Shown: in pieces, positions 27,804 to 38,277 of the stretch | Layout of the letters: each line of letters opens with the position of its first letter | Numbering within the stretch: position 1 is the stretch's first letter | DNA from: Mediterraneibacter gnavus | Lineage (GTDB): Bacteria > Pseudomonadota > Alphaproteobacteria > RF32 > CAG-239 | Direction of reading: 5' to 3' | NCBI GenBank assembly: GCA_963617265.1 | Contig: CAVEOB010000001.1 | Coordinates: 8,366-72,365, forward strand | DNA length: 64,000 nt | Notes under the pieces: generated by a model | The model's database searches: none | Seen by the model: the letters and a program-made list of their open reading frames with translations, nothing else | Told to the model about the DNA's origin: nothing | Program-made: the position numbers and the translations under genes

Positions 27804-29939
27804 ATGCATAACAGTTGGAATTTGTTGTTGGATAAACTTGGTATTGCCAAAAGCTATACCGATGCGGCGCAAAATCGTAAAGAGTATGTTGCAGACGATG
27901 AAACTTTGCTCAAAATGGTAAATTATTTGGGCTTTAAGCTGAATAAAATTGAAGACAGCGACAAGCTGCTGGCAAAGCTGGAAAAAGAACGCTGGCTGTA
28001 TGTGACGGAGCCGATTTATGTGCTGCGGCAAAATGATTTGAAGTTTGATGCCGTGCTGGCAAAAGCCGAAGCCGAAAGCATTGAGCTGGTGATAAAAAAT
28101 CAGCAAACAGGCGAAGAACCAACAGTGTTTTATTCTTGCAAAATTACAGAAGAAAAAATGCTGGGACGCAAGGAATATGCAAAAGTGGAAATCAAGCTGG
28201 ACAGTGCGTTGGAACCGGCTTATTATGAGGTTGAGTTGATTGCCGGCAGCTGCAAAGCGCATACGGTTTTGGCGGTGACGCCGGACAAATGCTATGAGCC
28301 GGAATATTTGCAGAATCATAAAATTTGGGGTATGGCGATTCAGCTTTATTCTTTAACCAGCAAGCGCAACTGGGGTGTGGGTGATTTTACGGATTTAGCA
28401 AATTTAGTGGATTTGTGCGCACGTCAGGGAGCTAATATTATCGGCTTGAATCCGCTGAATGTGCTGTTTCACGATTTTCCGGAAAACGCTAGTCCGTATT
28501 CTTCTATCAGCCGTTTGTTTTTGAATCCGATTTATATTGATGTGGAAAAAGTAACTGGCTACAAACCGGAATATCTAGCTGGCAAAGAAGCGGAATTAGA
28601 ACGGCTGCGCGCGGCGGAAAACATTGATTATACAGGCGTGTATAATTTCAAAATGCAGATTTTGCAAAAGATTTATGAAGATACGTCTGCCAAGTTGGAA
28701 AAATCAACGGCGTATCAAAAATTTGAAAAGAAAAATAAAGAAGATTTAGAAAACCTGGCGACTTATCAGGCGCTTTATTCATCGCTCTGTCATTCGGTTT
28801 ACGGCGGGTGGCGGGCTTGGTCGAAAGAGCTGAAAAATCCGCAGTCGCCGGAAGTAAAAAAATTCAGAGCAGAAAACCGCAAAGCCGTGGACTTTTTTAA
28901 GTTTCTGCAATATTGGGCGGAAAAGCAGCTGGAAGACGTGCAGAAAGAAATTGAGCTGCGCGGATTGAAAATTGGTTTGTATCGTGATTTGCCGGTTGGA
29001 TTATGCAAAGACAGCGCCGAACTGTGGAGCGAAAATGATTTGTTTATCAAAGACTGCGGGGCAGGCGCTCCTCCTGATATTTTCTTCCCGACAGGGCAAA
29101 AATGGTGCTTGGGAGCGTTTAATCCCTATAAACTGAAAGCCAACGCCTATCGTCCGTTTATCAAAATTCTGCGGGCGGCAATGGAAAATGCCGGAGCAAT
29201 CCGCATCGACCATGTGATGAGTCTGCAGCGTTTGTATATTATTCCTGATGATTCTGAAAAAGGCACCTATGTTTACTATCCGTTTGCCGATATGCTGGGA
29301 ATTTTAGCTTTGGAAAGCCATTTGCAGAAATGTATGGTGGTGGGCGAAAGCATCGGTAATGTGCCGGACGGTTTTATTGAGGCAATACAGGAACGCGGAG
29401 TATATTCTCTTAGCGTGCTGTGGTCGGAGCGCTGGAACGGCAGTGGACCATTTAAACTGCCGCAGGATTTTGCACCGCACACATTCTGCTCTATCGGCAC
29501 GCATGATATGGCGCCGCTCAAAATGCGCTGGTTCGGCGGCGATATAGAAACTATGTATAACTTGAAAATGCTGACGGCGGAAGAGCGGCAAAATCAATAT
29601 AAGGGCAGGGAAGCGGAACGCCGCTGTCTGCTTGACGCTTTGGACTACGTTCATTCATGGTCGGCAGACCGTACAAGGCAATGCGACTGCTTATACGGCG
29701 AAGGTTATCCGAACGGCATTATGGAAGCCACAGAGCGTTATTTATCTTCCAGCGCCTGTGCTGTATTCTTAGCTCAGCCTGAAGATATTTTCGGTGTGAA
29801 TGTGTTGCAGAATCTCCCAGGGACGGATAGGGATAAGCACCCAAATTGGCGCCGCAAACTTCCTGTAAAGCTTGAAGATTTTGAACAAAATGATGATTTT
29901 ATCCGTGCAGTCTCCGCAATAGATAGGAAACTCGGCTAA
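27804..29939 (+). CDS. malQ: 4-alpha-glucanotransferase (amylomaltase, GH77)
   Basis: 711 aa. GH77 regions (GDFTDL, IRIDHVMSL, PVG...DLW), with an N-terminal extension as in long MalQ forms. Confidence 0.85.
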   Translation: MHNSWNLLLDKLGIAKSYTDAAQNRKEYVADDETLLKMVNYLGFKLNKIEDSDKLLAKLEKERWLYVTEPIYVLRQNDLKFDAVLAKAEAESIELVIKNQQTGEEPTVFYSCKITEEKMLGRKEYAKVEIKLDSALEPAYYEVELIAGSCKAHTVLAVTPDKCYEPEYLQNHKIWGMAIQLYSLTSKRNWGVGDFTDLANLVDLCARQGANIIGLNPLNVLFHDFPENASPYSSISRLFLNPIYIDVEKVTGYKPEYLAGKEAELERLRAAENIDYTGVYNFKMQILQKIYEDTSAKLEKSTAYQKFEKKNKEDLENLATYQALYSSLCHSVYGGWRAWSKELKNPQSPEVKKFRAENRKAVDFFKFLQYWAEKQLEDVQKEIELRGLKIGLYRDLPVGLCKDSAELWSENDLFIKDCGAGAPPDIFFPTGQKWCLGAFNPYKLKANAYRPFIKILRAAMENAGAIRIDHVMSLQRLYIIPDDSEKGTYVYYPFADMLGILALESHLQKCMVVGESIGNVPDGFIEAIQERGVYSLSVLWSERWNGSGPFKLPQDFAPHTFCSIGTHDMAPLKMRWFGGDIETMYNLKMLTAEERQNQYKGREAERRCLLDALDYVHSWSADRTRQCDCLYGEGYPNGIMEATERYLSSSACAVFLAQPEDIFGVNVLQNLPGTDRDKHPNWRRKLPVKLEDFEQNDDFIRAVSAIDRKLG

Positions 29940-29978
29940 TGGCTTCCTGCTGGTAAGATTTTTTCTTATGTACTAGTT

Positions 29979-30055
29979 TGTACACCGCGAAAAAATCTTA
30001 CTTCGCATTAAGCTCATTATCAGAGTTTCCGAGAGTTAGCGCAACGCGTCTAACA
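29979..30055. repeat. intergenic repeat copy B1 (diverged member of the 5030..5095 family)
   Basis: GTACACCGCGAAAAAATCTTACTTCGCATTAAGCTCATTATCAGAGTTTCCGAGAGTTAGCGCAACGCGTC aligns at roughly 65% with copies A and B2, including the upstream CTGCTGGTA motif. Confidence 0.4.
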
Positions 30056-30197
30056 GTACATCTAAAGACAACTTACGTTCATTCAGAAAATTCATGTACT
30101 TCTATGTACACTAGGATTTTCTTCAGAACTAGAGTTGCCTTTATCTGTACCATTATCCACATTGCTTGATAGAGTGTGTTGCTTTTGTTTGCTTTAG

Positions 30198-30275
30198 TGT
30201 GTACACGTCGCTTAAAATTCCGTTGCATCTACACACGCTATCCGAGTTTCGGAGAGCTTAGACGCATTGCTTAAA
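30198..30275. repeat. intergenic repeat copy B2 (near-identical to copy A core)
   Basis: GTGTACACGTCGCTTAAAATTCCGTTGCATCTACACACGCTATCCGAGTTTCGGAGAGC differs from 5038..5093 by only about 4 substitutions or indels. Confidence 0.5.
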
Positions 30276-30294
30276 AGGATAAAAAATTTTGTAT

Positions 30295-32610
30295 TCAGTT
30301 TACAGGGATAATTGAAACTGTTATTTCACTTTGCCGTCCTAAATTGTCAACGGCTTTAATTTTTAGAACACCGAACGGAGGTGCTATTTCTATAACTTCG
30401 CCGGCTTTGCTTTGTCCAAATAAACTATCATTTACAAACCAATATACTGTACCGGCGTCGGCGTCCAAATCTGCCCGCAGGGCAATGGTTTGCCGTGGCT
30501 TTAGCATAATTTTGCTGTTGTTCGCCGGAAAAGTGATTTTGGGCGGCAATCCGTGTTTAAAGTCTTCTACTTCGCTGCAATCGGTTAAAAATTCCGGCGG
30601 GCGTTTAAAATTTATACCGGCTTTGCTAAAAGCATTCAATATGTCGGACGACCAAAAATTATAGCTTTTCAGCACGGTTGCCGGCGGAGTATGGCGGCAG
30701 GCGCGCAAACCGCTGGCTTTATCTATGGGAACAAGGCGGGTGATGTTGGAGTTTTTGATTTGCGTTATCCCCGGAATAAAATAGGTTTCGGCGGTTTTGG
30801 CGCAAAAATCGGTTGCCAAATCTCCGGTGTCGCTGCAAATTTTTACTTTAGCCAAATTAAGCTTGGGCGGGGCGGTTAAAGAGTTATTTTGCTGATTGCT
30901 TATTTGTTCGGCAATGCTGAAGAACAGCGGCGCCGCCAGGTCTTTGCCGATAAAAGCGGGGTTCGGCGTGCCGTCAAAGTTGCCAAGCCAAACCACTAAA
31001 ACATAATTTCCGAAAATGCCAGCTGTCCACGCATCTTTAAAACTGTAAGAAGTGCCGGTTTTCCAAGCTGCTGAAAAAGCTTTAGGGGAAGCGGCAAATG
31101 AAATTTTAGCCGAAGAATGTTGCTCGCGGCTGAGCATATAACGAGTTAAAAAAGCTGCTTCCGGCGAAAGCAATTGTTTGGTTTGCGGCTTGTCGCGGCG
31201 TGAGAACTGCAGGTTAGAAAATTGACCGTTGTTTGCCAGCATGGCATACATAGCGGCAAGGTTTTCCATAGAGACTTCAACACTGCCCAAAGCCATGGAT
31301 AAACCATAATAATTTGCCGGCTTGTTCAGTTTTACGCCGCTGTTTTTCAAAAGATTATAAAAATTTTGTTCACCGACTTGCTCCAGCAAAGTCACGGCTG
31401 GAATGTTGCGGCTTAATGTCAGAGCTTGAGTGGCATCTAGAATACCAAAATAGGTGCGGTCAAAGTTTTCCGGCTCATAAAAACCATAGCGGCTGGGTAC
31501 GTCTTTCAGCATGCTTAACGGGTGTATTAACCCCTTTTGCAGGGCAAGAGCATAAATGAACGGCTTGAGGGCTGAACCAGGGGAACGTTGTGCCGTTATG
31601 CCGTCGACCTGTCCAAAAATTTGGGGATTATAAAAATCTGCCGAACCGATATAGGCTAAAACAGACATATCGCTGCTGTCAACCAAAATTGCCGCCGCGT
31701 TGTAAACGCCTTGTTTGTTATGTTCGGATACATATTGCTGTAAAATTTTTGTGATTTTAGTTTGCAGCGGCAAAGCTAAAGAAGTGTCGATAATTCCGTT
31801 TTGCCGGCTTAAAAGACGGCTGGTAAAATGCGGGGCAAAATCCGGCAGAAAAACTCTAGAAGCTAAGGGCAGATTTAGATAATCATTTTGCGGGTGATTG
31901 TATTTTTGCCGCCATAATTTTTTCAGGCGATTAGCGGCGAGCGCATTGTTTTTCAGGTTTTTAAAATTTAATAAATTGCGTTTTGCCGGATTTTGCGGAA
32001 TAACCGTTAAGGCAATGGCTTGCGGCAGGTTAAGCTGTTTTGCCGGCTGCTGGAAATAAATAAGCGAAGCGGCGCCGATACCTTCAATGTTTCCGCCATA
32101 GGGAGCAACATTGAAATATGCCTCTAAAATTTGAGCTTTGCTATAAAAAAGTTCTATTTGCAGAGCTCGTAAAATTTGTTCAGTTTTACCGGCAACAGTG
32201 GTTGTGTTCAGCTGATAGATAATGCGCGCCAGCTGCATGGTGATTGTGGAAGCTCCTTGCTTGCGCCCGCCGGTCAGCATGGCAAAAGCGGCGCGGATAA
32301 AACCAGTAGGGCTAATTCCAAAGTGGCGGTAAAATCCGCGGTCTTCATAAAGCAGCAAAGCTTGCTGTGCCTCAAGAGGAATATCTTGCAACGGAGTAAA
32401 AAGCCGATATTTATCGTCTAGACTCAAAGACAGTTTAAGCAAATTGTCGCTGCGGTCATAAACAGCGCCGGAAAAGCTGTAGCGGTTATATAAATCAGGC
32501 TTTGGAATAAGCATCATCAGCAAAAACATGGCGGCAAAAGAACCAACGGTAAACCGTAGGGCTTTTTTGCGCCATAATTTTTGCCAAAACTGATGAAATC
32601 TATTCGCCAA
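30295..32610 (-). CDS. pbpC: penicillin-binding protein 1C (bifunctional GT51 transglycosylase / transpeptidase)
   Basis: 771 aa with GT51 motifs (EDRGFYRH, GASTITMQLAR), a transpeptidase SxxK/SxN/KTG region (KTGTS) and a PBP1C-specific C-terminal domain. Overlaps the upstream A2M gene by 11 nt. Confidence 0.85.
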   Translation of the reverse strand: MANRFHQFWQKLWRKKALRFTVGSFAAMFLLMMLIPKPDLYNRYSFSGAVYDRSDNLLKLSLSLDDKYRLFTPLQDIPLEAQQALLLYEDRGFYRHFGISPTGFIRAAFAMLTGGRKQGASTITMQLARIIYQLNTTTVAGKTEQILRALQIELFYSKAQILEAYFNVAPYGGNIEGIGAASLIYFQQPAKQLNLPQAIALTVIPQNPAKRNLLNFKNLKNNALAANRLKKLWRQKYNHPQNDYLNLPLASRVFLPDFAPHFTSRLLSRQNGIIDTSLALPLQTKITKILQQYVSEHNKQGVYNAAAILVDSSDMSVLAYIGSADFYNPQIFGQVDGITAQRSPGSALKPFIYALALQKGLIHPLSMLKDVPSRYGFYEPENFDRTYFGILDATQALTLSRNIPAVTLLEQVGEQNFYNLLKNSGVKLNKPANYYGLSMALGSVEVSMENLAAMYAMLANNGQFSNLQFSRRDKPQTKQLLSPEAAFLTRYMLSREQHSSAKISFAASPKAFSAAWKTGTSYSFKDAWTAGIFGNYVLVVWLGNFDGTPNPAFIGKDLAAPLFFSIAEQISNQQNNSLTAPPKLNLAKVKICSDTGDLATDFCAKTAETYFIPGITQIKNSNITRLVPIDKASGLRACRHTPPATVLKSYNFWSSDILNAFSKAGINFKRPPEFLTDCSEVEDFKHGLPPKITFPANNSKIMLKPRQTIALRADLDADAGTVYWFVNDSLFGQSKAGEVIEIAPPFGVLKIKAVDNLGRQSEITVSIIPVN

Positions 32611-35600
32611 CCGTTATTTTCCTTAAATCAGAATTAGCATGCAGCAGCGGCTGATACATGGCATCAGCATAAACCGGAGGCATAGCAAAGCTGCCGTCAG
32701 CCACCACTTTTACCTGATAGCTGAAACTTTGTTCATAGACAAAGGCAGTTGCATACACATTTATACGGTCTTCCCGAATTTCTGTGCTGTAGGTTCCGTT
32801 TGCGGTTTTCAACGAACCGTCAACCACTTCAAAGCAGCCGGCGAGCAAATCGGTTAAAGCCACATCATAAATAGGCTCTTTGCCTAGGCTGCTGTAAATG
32901 ACTTTTACATTCAAAATGTCTCCAAGTTTGGCTTTGGTTACAGGCTGTCCGTTTTGGTCGGTGACGGCTTTGCTTACGGATAAGCCCTTGGCGGCAGCTT
33001 TGACTTGAGCCGATTTAGGGAAACCTTGCTGTCTGTTTGCATAATAAAAAGCTTGCGGCGCGCTGACGCTTAAATCTTTGGTTTGAGGCAGATAAGCGAC
33101 AGTCGGGAAAGGCGTGTAAACAGGCGTAAACTGCGAAAATTCAATTTGTTTATCGGTTTCTTGATTGTTAAAAGCATTGAGCGCCAGCACCGACCAACTT
33201 GCCGAATAGGTGGTGAAATTGCCGCTGGATAAAGGTTCCAGCAAGGTTTCAATACTGTTCTGGTCAAGGGTTTTCAGTTTGCTAGGGAAATGCTTGGCAA
33301 GCAGATAGATGTTAAAGGCATTTTCCAGTGCATTTGGGCTGTTTTTATACATTCCAGTCAAAGTGTCGGCATGCTTTTCATCTTGCAGCATTTTATAGCT
33401 TGCCGCCAAAAATTCGGCACCAAGATTTGTCTGCCAGTTTTTAGCATAATTATTTTTGTAAAACTCTTCAATATTAAGCAAATAATTAGTGGTGATGTTG
33501 CCGTTTAAGGTCAGAATGTAGGCAGCGTATGCCGGATTGAAATCAGATAACGACGACGGCTGAGCGGCAGCAGTCTGTTCGCAATATTCCAAGGCGGAAT
33601 CTAAAAGTCCGTTCGGCACATTAAAGCCGTGTTGCTTTGCCGTTACCAAAAAGTGTGCGGCATATAAGCTGTCGCGAGGGGAAACGTCCAAGGCACTGTT
33701 GCTCCAAGCCGTAAATCCTCCGACTAAAACCTGCCGTTCACGCAAAATTCGCACAGCATCGTCAAACAAGGCATAAACATCAATTCCTTTTACTAAGTCC
33801 GGAGATTTGAAGAACAGCTCAATTGCCGGAAAGGCTTTGCTTATGGTTTGCTCGGTGCAATAATGTGGATATTTATTCAGATATTTCAGCAAACCCTGCG
33901 CCAAAACCAAAGGCGAAACGGAAGCGGAAAGCTGCTGAATGCGGTATTCTTCGTATAAATCTTCTGCCTTGTTTAAGGTGTAGGACGATTTAGCCATGCC
34001 GAAATTAAATTTATTGCTGTATGGCACAGCTGGTCTAATGCTTAAAGTATACGGCATAATGGCGTGCTTTTCCGGTTCATTGAGGCTTTGCGCCGTAAAG
34101 GTGATTTGCTGTGAACCAAGAGTATCTTTGGCTTTGAAACGGAATTTCAGCGAGGCTTCGCCGTTTTCGTCAACGGTAAGGTCTTGCGAATTTTCACTAA
34201 TAGTTTCTAAGCCGTCGGAAACATTGGCAGAAACTTTTATTTGGTAATCGCTGCCGGAATTTTCTGCCAAATTGCCGATGCTTAATCCAATCACAAACTC
34301 ATCGTTTGGAGCCACATTTAATGGACCGGACGGCACAAGGGCAAAATCTCCGCGGGATAGAACATTTTGCTCGGTGTTGCCAAAACGGTTTTGCGATACG
34401 GCGACCGCCATTACTTTGATGCTGCCGTTAAAAGCCGCCGGAACGGCATAGGTATAGGCAGATTCTTGGCTGCCGCTTGGCAGAATACCGCTCCAAAAAG
34501 CAATTGGTTTGTCGGTTTTGCGGGCAAATGGATTTATATTGCGGTCCAGCGCAGATTCATCTTCGCCGCCGTCGCCGCCGGTTGAACTCAAATTTTTCAA
34601 AAAGCGGATATCCGGCATTATCAAATCCATAATTTGTTCGGTAACTACGCGGAGGGCGCGTTTAGCAAGGAAAATATCCAGCAATTCAGGCATTTTGTAG
34701 CGGGCAACTTGCAAGATACCTTCATTTACGCCATATATCACGATTTGCGCCGGTTCGGAAGTCTTGTAGTTTATAACCAAATTTTCTCCTGGTTTTACGG
34801 TTGCCGGAGTGTTTAAAGTTATATTCAAACGGCGGTTTTCTTTGTTTATGCTGAACGGAACAACGGCGTAGCTGAGCGGCGACGAATATATTTCAGCTGA
34901 TTTTAAAGAGCGGAAAATAGCAATATTGATATAAGCGTTGCCTTCTATGCCGTCGGGCAGAACAATGTTTTGCATAAAGTTTTGGAAGTTGGTTTTGAAC
35001 CATTTATAAGCGTAAACTTTGTCGCGTTCAATGGTTATCAAGCCATAGCCGGCATAAGGGGCGGAAACTTGCATTTCCAGCGTGTCTCCTGCGGAGTATT
35101 CCTGCTTATTCAGCTTTACGTTCAGATTAGCGTTTTTGTCGTTTGTCTGCGTTTGATTGAGTGCTCCGGCAACATAAAATTCAACTTTTGCCAAAGTCTG
35201 ATTTTGGGAGTTTGTAATTTTCCAAATATATTCGCCGGCTTGCTCGGTTGGCAGCTCTTTATTCTGCCCTGCGGCAGAAATTGAAAACGGTGTGCTTTGC
35301 AAAACGTTTTCTTTTGTAACCATCTGATATTGGTAAGTTCCGTTTTTTTGTTCAACCAAAGAAGATATGTAATCTTTTTTGATGAGCTGCAAAGTTAAAT
35401 CGTTTAATTCCAATGGCTCTAACTTGTTGTCAACGGCGATAAATTTTATGGCGTGCTGGGAATCTTTATAGATATAGTTCAGTTCACCGTCAGATTTCCA
35501 GCCGACCAAATATTTTGCCGGAGAAATAAGAGTGGTCAGGGTTGTACCAGTGCCGCGGGCGCTTCCGGTTTCTAAACCGTCAATGTTAAGCTGCAGGTTA

Positions 35601-38122
35601 TAAAGACCTTGCTCAAAATTTTTTAAATCAAGCGAGAGCTCGGCGTTTCCGTCTTTGTCGGTTTGCACTTCGGCTAAAGAATCGTTATAGCTGCGGGGTT
35701 CTTGAGTTTGCTGCGGGTTGCGGAATGTATAGCCGGAAAAATCAGCAAATTTAAATGTTGTCGGGGTTAGGCTGTATTTTGCCTGCACCATATGTCCGGC
35801 TGCCGGATTGCCATAGAGATTCTGCAAGTTGACGGCAACATTTAATAAGCTTTCATTGCTCCAGCCTTTAGGTGCTTCCGGCTGCCAATTTGCCTTAATC
35901 TTTAAGGTATCCGGCACAAATTCTTCTACTCGGAAAGTGTTGTATGCCACAAAGCGTTCTTCATTGTCTTTGCCTTTCAGCCATAAATCAACCGAATATA
36001 CTCCAGTTGGAGCGGCGGCAGATAGTGAAAATTCATATTCCATAAAGCCAAGTTCGTTGCTTTGAAGGGTTTTGGTGGCTAAGGTATCTCCGTTTGGCTT
36101 GCGGATAGTCAATTCAAAAGGGAGTTTTTGCGGAGTGTTTAAGTCAGCCTGACGCACTAGAATGCCTAAATGTCCGTTTTCACTTGGACGATAGATGCCG
36201 CGGTCGCTGAATATACAGCCTTTTAACGAAGTTTCAGGAGCAGCCCAGCCGTCAATATAATCACCGCCGATGTCAAAGCGCGACAAGTTTAGTTTGCGGT
36301 CTTCGCGGTTGATGGGCAAAAATGAAATATCATTGCCTAAAATAACTTTATAGGCAACCGCGTATTTGTCATTTTTGAACTCTGAAAAATCAGGTATTAG
36401 AGCCATGCCTTGCGCATTGGTAACAGCTTCTAAAACCGGAAGTCCGTTTTTGCCCAAGACCTGTACTTTAGCCTTGGCTGCCGGATTTTCTGAAGCAATA
36501 TTAGAAACAAAAATATTGTGGGTTTTGTCGGCGTTGTCTTTTACGACAATACCCAAATCAGTAAGCATAAGCAGGCGTTTGTCGGCGAAACTGTTTCTAT
36601 CGCCGTTGCTGCCTTGGACGGTAATTAAAAATATGCCCTTGCGGTTTTGAAAATAATCGTTAAGGTCAAGCGAAGAATAGTTTGCTTCTGCCGGATTAGC
36701 GGTGTTTATGGAAAGTTTTTTGTTGAAAATTTCTGAAATGTCAGCTTCCGAAAAATTATAATTTTCAAAATACGGAGTTTCAAAATTGCCAAAAGCATAG
36801 GTTTGGGTGACCAAATGATTCAAATCGTTTTCTTTTATGCGGGCAATATCAATGTTTAATTCTTTGGCGCCGCGGGAGATAAAGGCGATTTTGCGGCTGC
36901 CTTGCAGCGACATTACGGAACCGTCAAAAACAATGCCGGCTTCCAGCGGGTAAGGTGAAAAATTTGTTGCAAGAGCGGTGTCTGAATTATCTTTGCCCAG
37001 CTTAAAGCCTTCTGTCGAAGTCAGACTGTTGTCAAACAGTGCAATCAGACAGCCTTTATTTTGCGGCTCGTGATATTTGAAAAAGTGAGATTTTGAATTT
37101 TCATACGGCAGCGGTATTGCCGAAATTTCCAGCTTTTTTATCTTTTTCAGCAGTTTTTCTTTGCCGTCGGTTGTTGACCATTGTTCATTTACTTTAGGAC
37201 AGCTCTCATCTACATAGTTTAAAGTCAGCGCTTTTTGCAGCTGATCGCTATTTACGGCGGTGGTAAAATCTACGATAAAGACTTGTTCGGGATTATCATT
37301 TTCAGCGTTGCGGACAATACGTGACTCGGTATGTTTAATTTTGAAAAAAGTATCGCTGCTAGGGATTTTGACGGTTACTGCTAAGTTTTTATCCAAAGTT
37401 TTTTGATTATAGCTGTTGCCAAGGTTCACAATGCTGATTTTGGCAAAATCTTCTTCATTTTTTATTTGCACCGGTTTGGATATAATATGTAAAACGGTGT
37501 TATGGTCAGTTAGCTTATAGTCAAAATCATAATTATCGCCGCTTACTGTTTTAATTTTTATATGTTCTTTCAAGTGGTTTGTGTCAATAGGCGCCGTAAA
37601 TTTAAAGCTGGCGGTAACAGATTTGTTTTTAAGGTCGCGCGGGTCTTCATAAAAATCGGAGCCGCTAACGCTGCCGCTGAAGATAGGGGTGCTGAATTTA
37701 AATGTTAGGTTTTTGGTTGGGGACGGAGTGTTGAAAATATTTTTGCTTAAACTTACTTTATAGGAGGTGTTCGGCAGCCAGTCGGTTTCCGGAATAAACG
37801 CCAGCTGATCGCGGTTTTGCCATTGCCAGCTGCCGCGGATATCCGGATTGATGGATATTCCACGTTTAAAGTTTGCGTCGATTTTGTCGGCATCAGTCAC
37901 AGGCTGATTGAAGTTGACATACAGATAGTCCGGAGAAATTTTGTCGTCACCGGAATAATCGGTAGCTGCCGGAGCTTGAATTGAAGCTATTTTGACGGCG
38001 CGGTCAGAATTTCCCAGCTCATAGCCGCGGCTGAAATAATATCCAGCAAGTCCGCCGATAACGGCGATTCCTATAGTGAGCATTCCGGCGATAAGTGTTT
38101 TTTTGCTTACTTTATTTTCCAT
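32600..38122 (-). CDS. bacterial alpha-2-macroglobulin family protein (YfhM-like) with thioester motif
   Basis: 1840 aa with an N-terminal TM or lipobox-like anchor, repeated MG domains and the thioester CTEQ (…YPHYCTEQTISKAF…). It sits in the conserved pairing with pbpC. Confidence 0.85.
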   Translation of the reverse strand: MENKVSKKTLIAGMLTIGIAVIGGLAGYYFSRGYELGNSDRAVKIASIQAPAATDYSGDDKISPDYLYVNFNQPVTDADKIDANFKRGISINPDIRGSWQWQNRDQLAFIPETDWLPNTSYKVSLSKNIFNTPSPTKNLTFKFSTPIFSGSVSGSDFYEDPRDLKNKSVTASFKFTAPIDTNHLKEHIKIKTVSGDNYDFDYKLTDHNTVLHIISKPVQIKNEEDFAKISIVNLGNSYNQKTLDKNLAVTVKIPSSDTFFKIKHTESRIVRNAENDNPEQVFIVDFTTAVNSDQLQKALTLNYVDESCPKVNEQWSTTDGKEKLLKKIKKLEISAIPLPYENSKSHFFKYHEPQNKGCLIALFDNSLTSTEGFKLGKDNSDTALATNFSPYPLEAGIVFDGSVMSLQGSRKIAFISRGAKELNIDIARIKENDLNHLVTQTYAFGNFETPYFENYNFSEADISEIFNKKLSINTANPAEANYSSLDLNDYFQNRKGIFLITVQGSNGDRNSFADKRLLMLTDLGIVVKDNADKTHNIFVSNIASENPAAKAKVQVLGKNGLPVLEAVTNAQGMALIPDFSEFKNDKYAVAYKVILGNDISFLPINREDRKLNLSRFDIGGDYIDGWAAPETSLKGCIFSDRGIYRPSENGHLGILVRQADLNTPQKLPFELTIRKPNGDTLATKTLQSNELGFMEYEFSLSAAAPTGVYSVDLWLKGKDNEERFVAYNTFRVEEFVPDTLKIKANWQPEAPKGWSNESLLNVAVNLQNLYGNPAAGHMVQAKYSLTPTTFKFADFSGYTFRNPQQTQEPRSYNDSLAEVQTDKDGNAELSLDLKNFEQGLYNLQLNIDGLETGSARGTGTTLTTLISPAKYLVGWKSDGELNYIYKDSQHAIKFIAVDNKLEPLELNDLTLQLIKKDYISSLVEQKNGTYQYQMVTKENVLQSTPFSISAAGQNKELPTEQAGEYIWKITNSQNQTLAKVEFYVAGALNQTQTNDKNANLNVKLNKQEYSAGDTLEMQVSAPYAGYGLITIERDKVYAYKWFKTNFQNFMQNIVLPDGIEGNAYINIAIFRSLKSAEIYSSPLSYAVVPFSINKENRRLNITLNTPATVKPGENLVINYKTSEPAQIVIYGVNEGILQVARYKMPELLDIFLAKRALRVVTEQIMDLIMPDIRFLKNLSSTGGDGGEDESALDRNINPFARKTDKPIAFWSGILPSGSQESAYTYAVPAAFNGSIKVMAVAVSQNRFGNTEQNVLSRGDFALVPSGPLNVAPNDEFVIGLSIGNLAENSGSDYQIKVSANVSDGLETISENSQDLTVDENGEASLKFRFKAKDTLGSQQITFTAQSLNEPEKHAIMPYTLSIRPAVPYSNKFNFGMAKSSYTLNKAEDLYEEYRIQQLSASVSPLVLAQGLLKYLNKYPHYCTEQTISKAFPAIELFFKSPDLVKGIDVYALFDDAVRILRERQVLVGGFTAWSNSALDVSPRDSLYAAHFLVTAKQHGFNVPNGLLDSALEYCEQTAAAQPSSLSDFNPAYAAYILTLNGNITTNYLLNIEEFYKNNYAKNWQTNLGAEFLAASYKMLQDEKHADTLTGMYKNSPNALENAFNIYLLAKHFPSKLKTLDQNSIETLLEPLSSGNFTTYSASWSVLALNAFNNQETDKQIEFSQFTPVYTPFPTVAYLPQTKDLSVSAPQAFYYANRQQGFPKSAQVKAAAKGLSVSKAVTDQNGQPVTKAKLGDILNVKVIYSSLGKEPIYDVALTDLLAGCFEVVDGSLKTANGTYSTEIREDRINVYATAFVYEQSFSYQVKVVADGSFAMPPVYADAMYQPLLHANSDLRKITVGE

Positions 38123-38175
38123 ATGTTTTCTCCAAAATAAAATCCATATGTAAAGATAATAATTTTTTAGCGCCT

Positions 38176-38205
38176 GTTTACAATATTTATTAACAAGTTG
38201 TAAAC
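38176..38205. promoter_or_regulatory. inverted repeat (C)TGTTTACAA-N14-TTGTAAACA(A) upstream of the A2M-pbpC operon; candidate operator
   Basis: A 9-10 bp perfect inverted repeat lies about 55 nt upstream of the A2M start codon on the minus strand. Confidence 0.3.
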
Positions 38206-38277
38206 AATTTTGACGGAGAAAATATGACGCTGGCTAAACTTTTGATATTGTAATGCAAGCAAAAAATTGCAGGATTT

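Noticed and set aside
27588-28319. 243-aa minus-strand ORF
   Set aside because: It lies antisense inside glgX/malQ. Its Phe/Cys/Gln-rich composition is typical of a shadow ORF.
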